Positions 61,001 to 64,000 of a stretch of 64,000 nt of DNA are shown here, in pieces. The notes beneath the pieces were generated by a model, which saw nothing but the letters and a program-made list of their open reading frames with translations, had not been told where the DNA came from and made no database searches. The DNA is from Zootoca vivipara. Lineage: Eukaryota. Positions within the stretch are counted from its first letter, which is position 1. The number at the start of each line of letters is the position of its first letter. The DNA lies in the NCBI RefSeq assembly GCF_963506605.1, contig NC_083294.1:4030001-4094000 (forward strand). Reading direction: 5' to 3'. The position numbers were made by a program, and so were the translations under genes.

Positions 61001-61573
61001 CCTCTGGAAATTCAACTCTTTCCACGTCACGAGTCTCCAGCTTCTCCAACGTGGTCTCCAGGCTCTCCTTGATATTTGGCCTCCTCGGTCTTCTCGAAGA
61101 TCTGACCTCCCCAATCCACGGTTTTCTCTAGGCTTGAGGGCATCTCTCCATGGTTCTACCATGCCACCTCTGGCAGATCTCCTGGATGTCTCTCCATCTC
61201 AGGTTCCTCCTGCAAGTCCAATGGTGGACACGAATGATGGAAGCCCAAAGATGCACCACGAATGTTGGAATCCACGAAGAATGGACGTCCAACGATGGAC
61301 CACGAAGGATGGAAGATAAAAGATGGACCACGGATGATGGAAACCAGTGATGGGCTACGAAGAATGGATGTCCAACGATGGACCCCCTCAGACGTCACCT
61401 CTGGATTCCTCTTCCTCTTTCCCAGAAGGCACCTCTACATTCTTCCTCATTTCTTAGAAGGTCACCTCTACCCTTGTTCCTCCATGGTTCCTCTCTCCCT
61501 CGCTTCTCTGTGGTTGTGATGTCATCTGCCGTTGCCGCCGGCGTTGTCTGGGCGGCCATTAAAAATCCTCTTT

Positions 61574-62077
61574 TCAACCCTCGCGCTGCCTCCGCTGAAG
61601 TTCACCAAAATAGGCTTGGCGGGTGCTGTTGCCAAAGGTTTGGGCATAGTTGTCGCGGATTGCTGGGGGGGACGACAAAAATAAATAAATATAAATATAT
61701 GTGTCAGAGGGAAGGGTGGGTCAAAAGAAATTAATAAATCTAAATAATAATGACTAATAAATTGAAATAAAAAGAATAAATCCAAATAATAATAAATGAT
61801 GAATCCAAATAATACAATTAAATAATACCAAAAATGAATATCTATGTCAGAGGGGAAGGTTGGGTCTAAATATAGGAATAAATCAAAATAATAATGACTA
61901 ATAAATAAAAATAAAAATAATGAATCCAATAAAATATTTTTTAAAAAATAAATAAATAAAAATAATAAATAAAAAGAATAAATGATAAATCAAAAGAATA
62001 AAACTAAATAATACCAAATAGGGGAACGGTGGGTTTAATAAATGAATCAATCTAAATAGGGTAATAATGACTAATAA

Positions 62078-62111
<34 letters not shown>

Positions 62112-63546
62112 CCAAATAAGAATGAATGATAAATAGAAATGATTCAACTAAATAATACAAAAAATAAATACATATCTCAGAGGGGAATGGTAGGTCTAAA
62201 TAAATGAATAAATCTAAATAATAAGTGATGATGAGTACAGATAATAAATCTAAATAATAATGACTAATCTAAATAAAAATAATAAATCCAAATAATAATA
62301 AATGATGAATCTAAATAATAAGGTTTAGGCATAGTTGTTGCAGATCACTGGGGGGACCAAATTTTATAATTATATAGGGGGGTGGATTTGTGAGTGTGGA
62401 AGGTGGGAATTAGAAAGAAATAACTAAATAAAATAAGAATGATAATAATATAAACAATGATAAAGAAAAATCAAATTATAACATAATAAATGTAAATGAT
62501 AACAAAAATTTAATCTAAATAACAGTATAATTAATAATTATATTGCCCCCAAATTTTGGACATTACAGTATTTTTTAGGGAAAAAACAGTCATACACGAA
62601 AAAATACGGCAATCTAAATAATGATAAAGAAAAATATAAATGATAACATAAATAATCTAAATCATGAATCTAAATCTAAAAATGATAAAAATCTAAATGA
62701 TAAGTAATATAATAAATGATAATAATAAATTTAAATAATTAATAATAAACATAAATAATAATGAATAAATAATAAATGCAAATAAGTAATAATAAATAAT
62801 GTGGAAAGGGAGGAAAAAAGGTGTGGAAATCGGTAATGGCTGAATGGGGGAAATGGACCGAAGGAAAGGAAAAATTCTGGACTGGGGTTGGGGACGGGGA
62901 CAGTGTGAATGGTGGAACAATCCAAATGGGAATCCATAAATTATTATTATTATTAGTGGGGAAGTTTGAACGGGAAGGGGGAATCGGCCAAAAACTAGAA
63001 AAAATCTGAGTGGCAAAGGGAAATACCTGAAAAGGAAAGGTGGGAAATAATAGCCATATCTAGAAATCACCGCAAGCAGAAATATATTAGTCCTTGACCA
63101 AATGAGATTTGACCAGTAAGGGGGTCCAGGGTCATCCATCCCATCCCCGGACTTACTGGGCACGAAGCCGGTGTAGAAGGGCATCAGGCCTCCGCTGGTG
63201 TAAATCTTGGTGTTGGGCCAGTAGGTGCGGGGATGGCGCTTCCCAAAGCTGTACATGGGGCTCCGAAGCATTTCCTGCGGGGATGAAAGGGCGAGGCTCA
63301 GGGTTTGGGACCTCAGCGGGTCATTTAGGCTGACCCGCCCTGGGTCCGGGCTTTGAAATCCTGGAACCCGAGGCAGCAAAGGGACATTATCCGCTCGGAA
63401 ACGGATAAATTGATGCACGCCATCGCCAGCCGTGGGAGTTGCAGCACGCACCTGGTTGCGGTCAAACTCGTTCATGGCGTCCTTCACCCCCGTCAGATAG
63501 TTTTCGCCCATGATCCAGGGGAAGCGAGGGATGTAGCCTGTGTAGC
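61574..63546 (-). CDS. CIMIP2A: FAM166A/CIMIP2A ciliary microtubule inner protein, last three coding exons (gene continues beyond the window)
   Basis: Exons 63546-63452 (GYTGYIPRFPWIMGENY...), 63274-63157 (...GGLMPFYTGFVP) and 61662-61574 (IRDNYAQTFGNSTRQAY...*); convergent with TUBB4B. Confidence 0.88.
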
Positions 63547-64000
63547 CTGCAACGAGGGGAGGAAATCCCCACAAGGAGAAATGATCCAGGGGAAGCGAGG
63601 GGTGTAGCCTGCAATGAGTTAAGGATAGTTCTGGGCGGGGTAAGGGCCTTTGAGCAATTAGTCCCCGTAAGGAGAAATCTGAAAATCCCCACAAGGAGAA
63701 ATGATCCGGGGGAAGCCTGTTATGAGGGAAGTATAATTCTGGGGGTGTGAGGGTCGGGGAGGGTTCCCTCGAAACCAGCATTTGGGCCCCGTGCAGGGCT
63801 CCCTTGTAACTACCACTATGAGTTCACGGCGCAGCCCAGAAGCTGCTGGGTTCCTTTATCTGCGCTGGACTTGAAGCGACTACTCCCCGCAAGGGGAAAT
63901 CTAGAAACCCCACAAGGAGAAATGATGCAGGGGAAGCGAGGGATGTAGCCCGCAATGAGGGAAGGATAGTTCGGGGGGGTGAGGGCTGGGGAGGGCTCCC

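Noticed and set aside
62693-63781. 362-aa ORF with a hydrophobic C-terminus
   Set aside because: Two CIMIP2A exons read through introns and AT-rich sequence
63775-63900. Possible additional CIMIP2A exon
   Set aside because: All three frames after the candidate acceptor contain stops

Overview
Vertebrate genomic DNA, most likely a squamate reptile and probably a lacertid lizard, judged by its Sauria and Squam3 SINEs, BovB, L2, CR1 and Helitron elements. It is syntenic with human 9q34.3. Gene order is RNF208(-), NDOR1(-, 14 coding exons), TPRN(+), SSNA1(-), ANAPC2(+, 13 exons), a TMEM210-like gene(+), TUBB4B(+) and the 3' exons of FAM166A/CIMIP2A(-). I traced exons by hand from GT-AG sites and reading-frame phase. 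The main surprise is the gene at the TMEM210 position. It splices into a 13-exon, ~301-aa type I membrane protein with a signal peptide, a furin site, a CxC-TM core, an RPLPPLP SH3 ligand and nine cytoplasmic tyrosines on small phase-2 exons, like a transmembrane signalling adaptor. Other oddities: no TMEM203 between NDOR1 and TPRN, an inverted promoter duplication, repeated decoy splice acceptors, a synonymously diverged beta-tubulin remnant, minisatellites built from transcription-factor motifs, nested DNA transposons, and an inverted BovB+LTR pair at an apparent synteny break. Nine N-gaps limit some calls.
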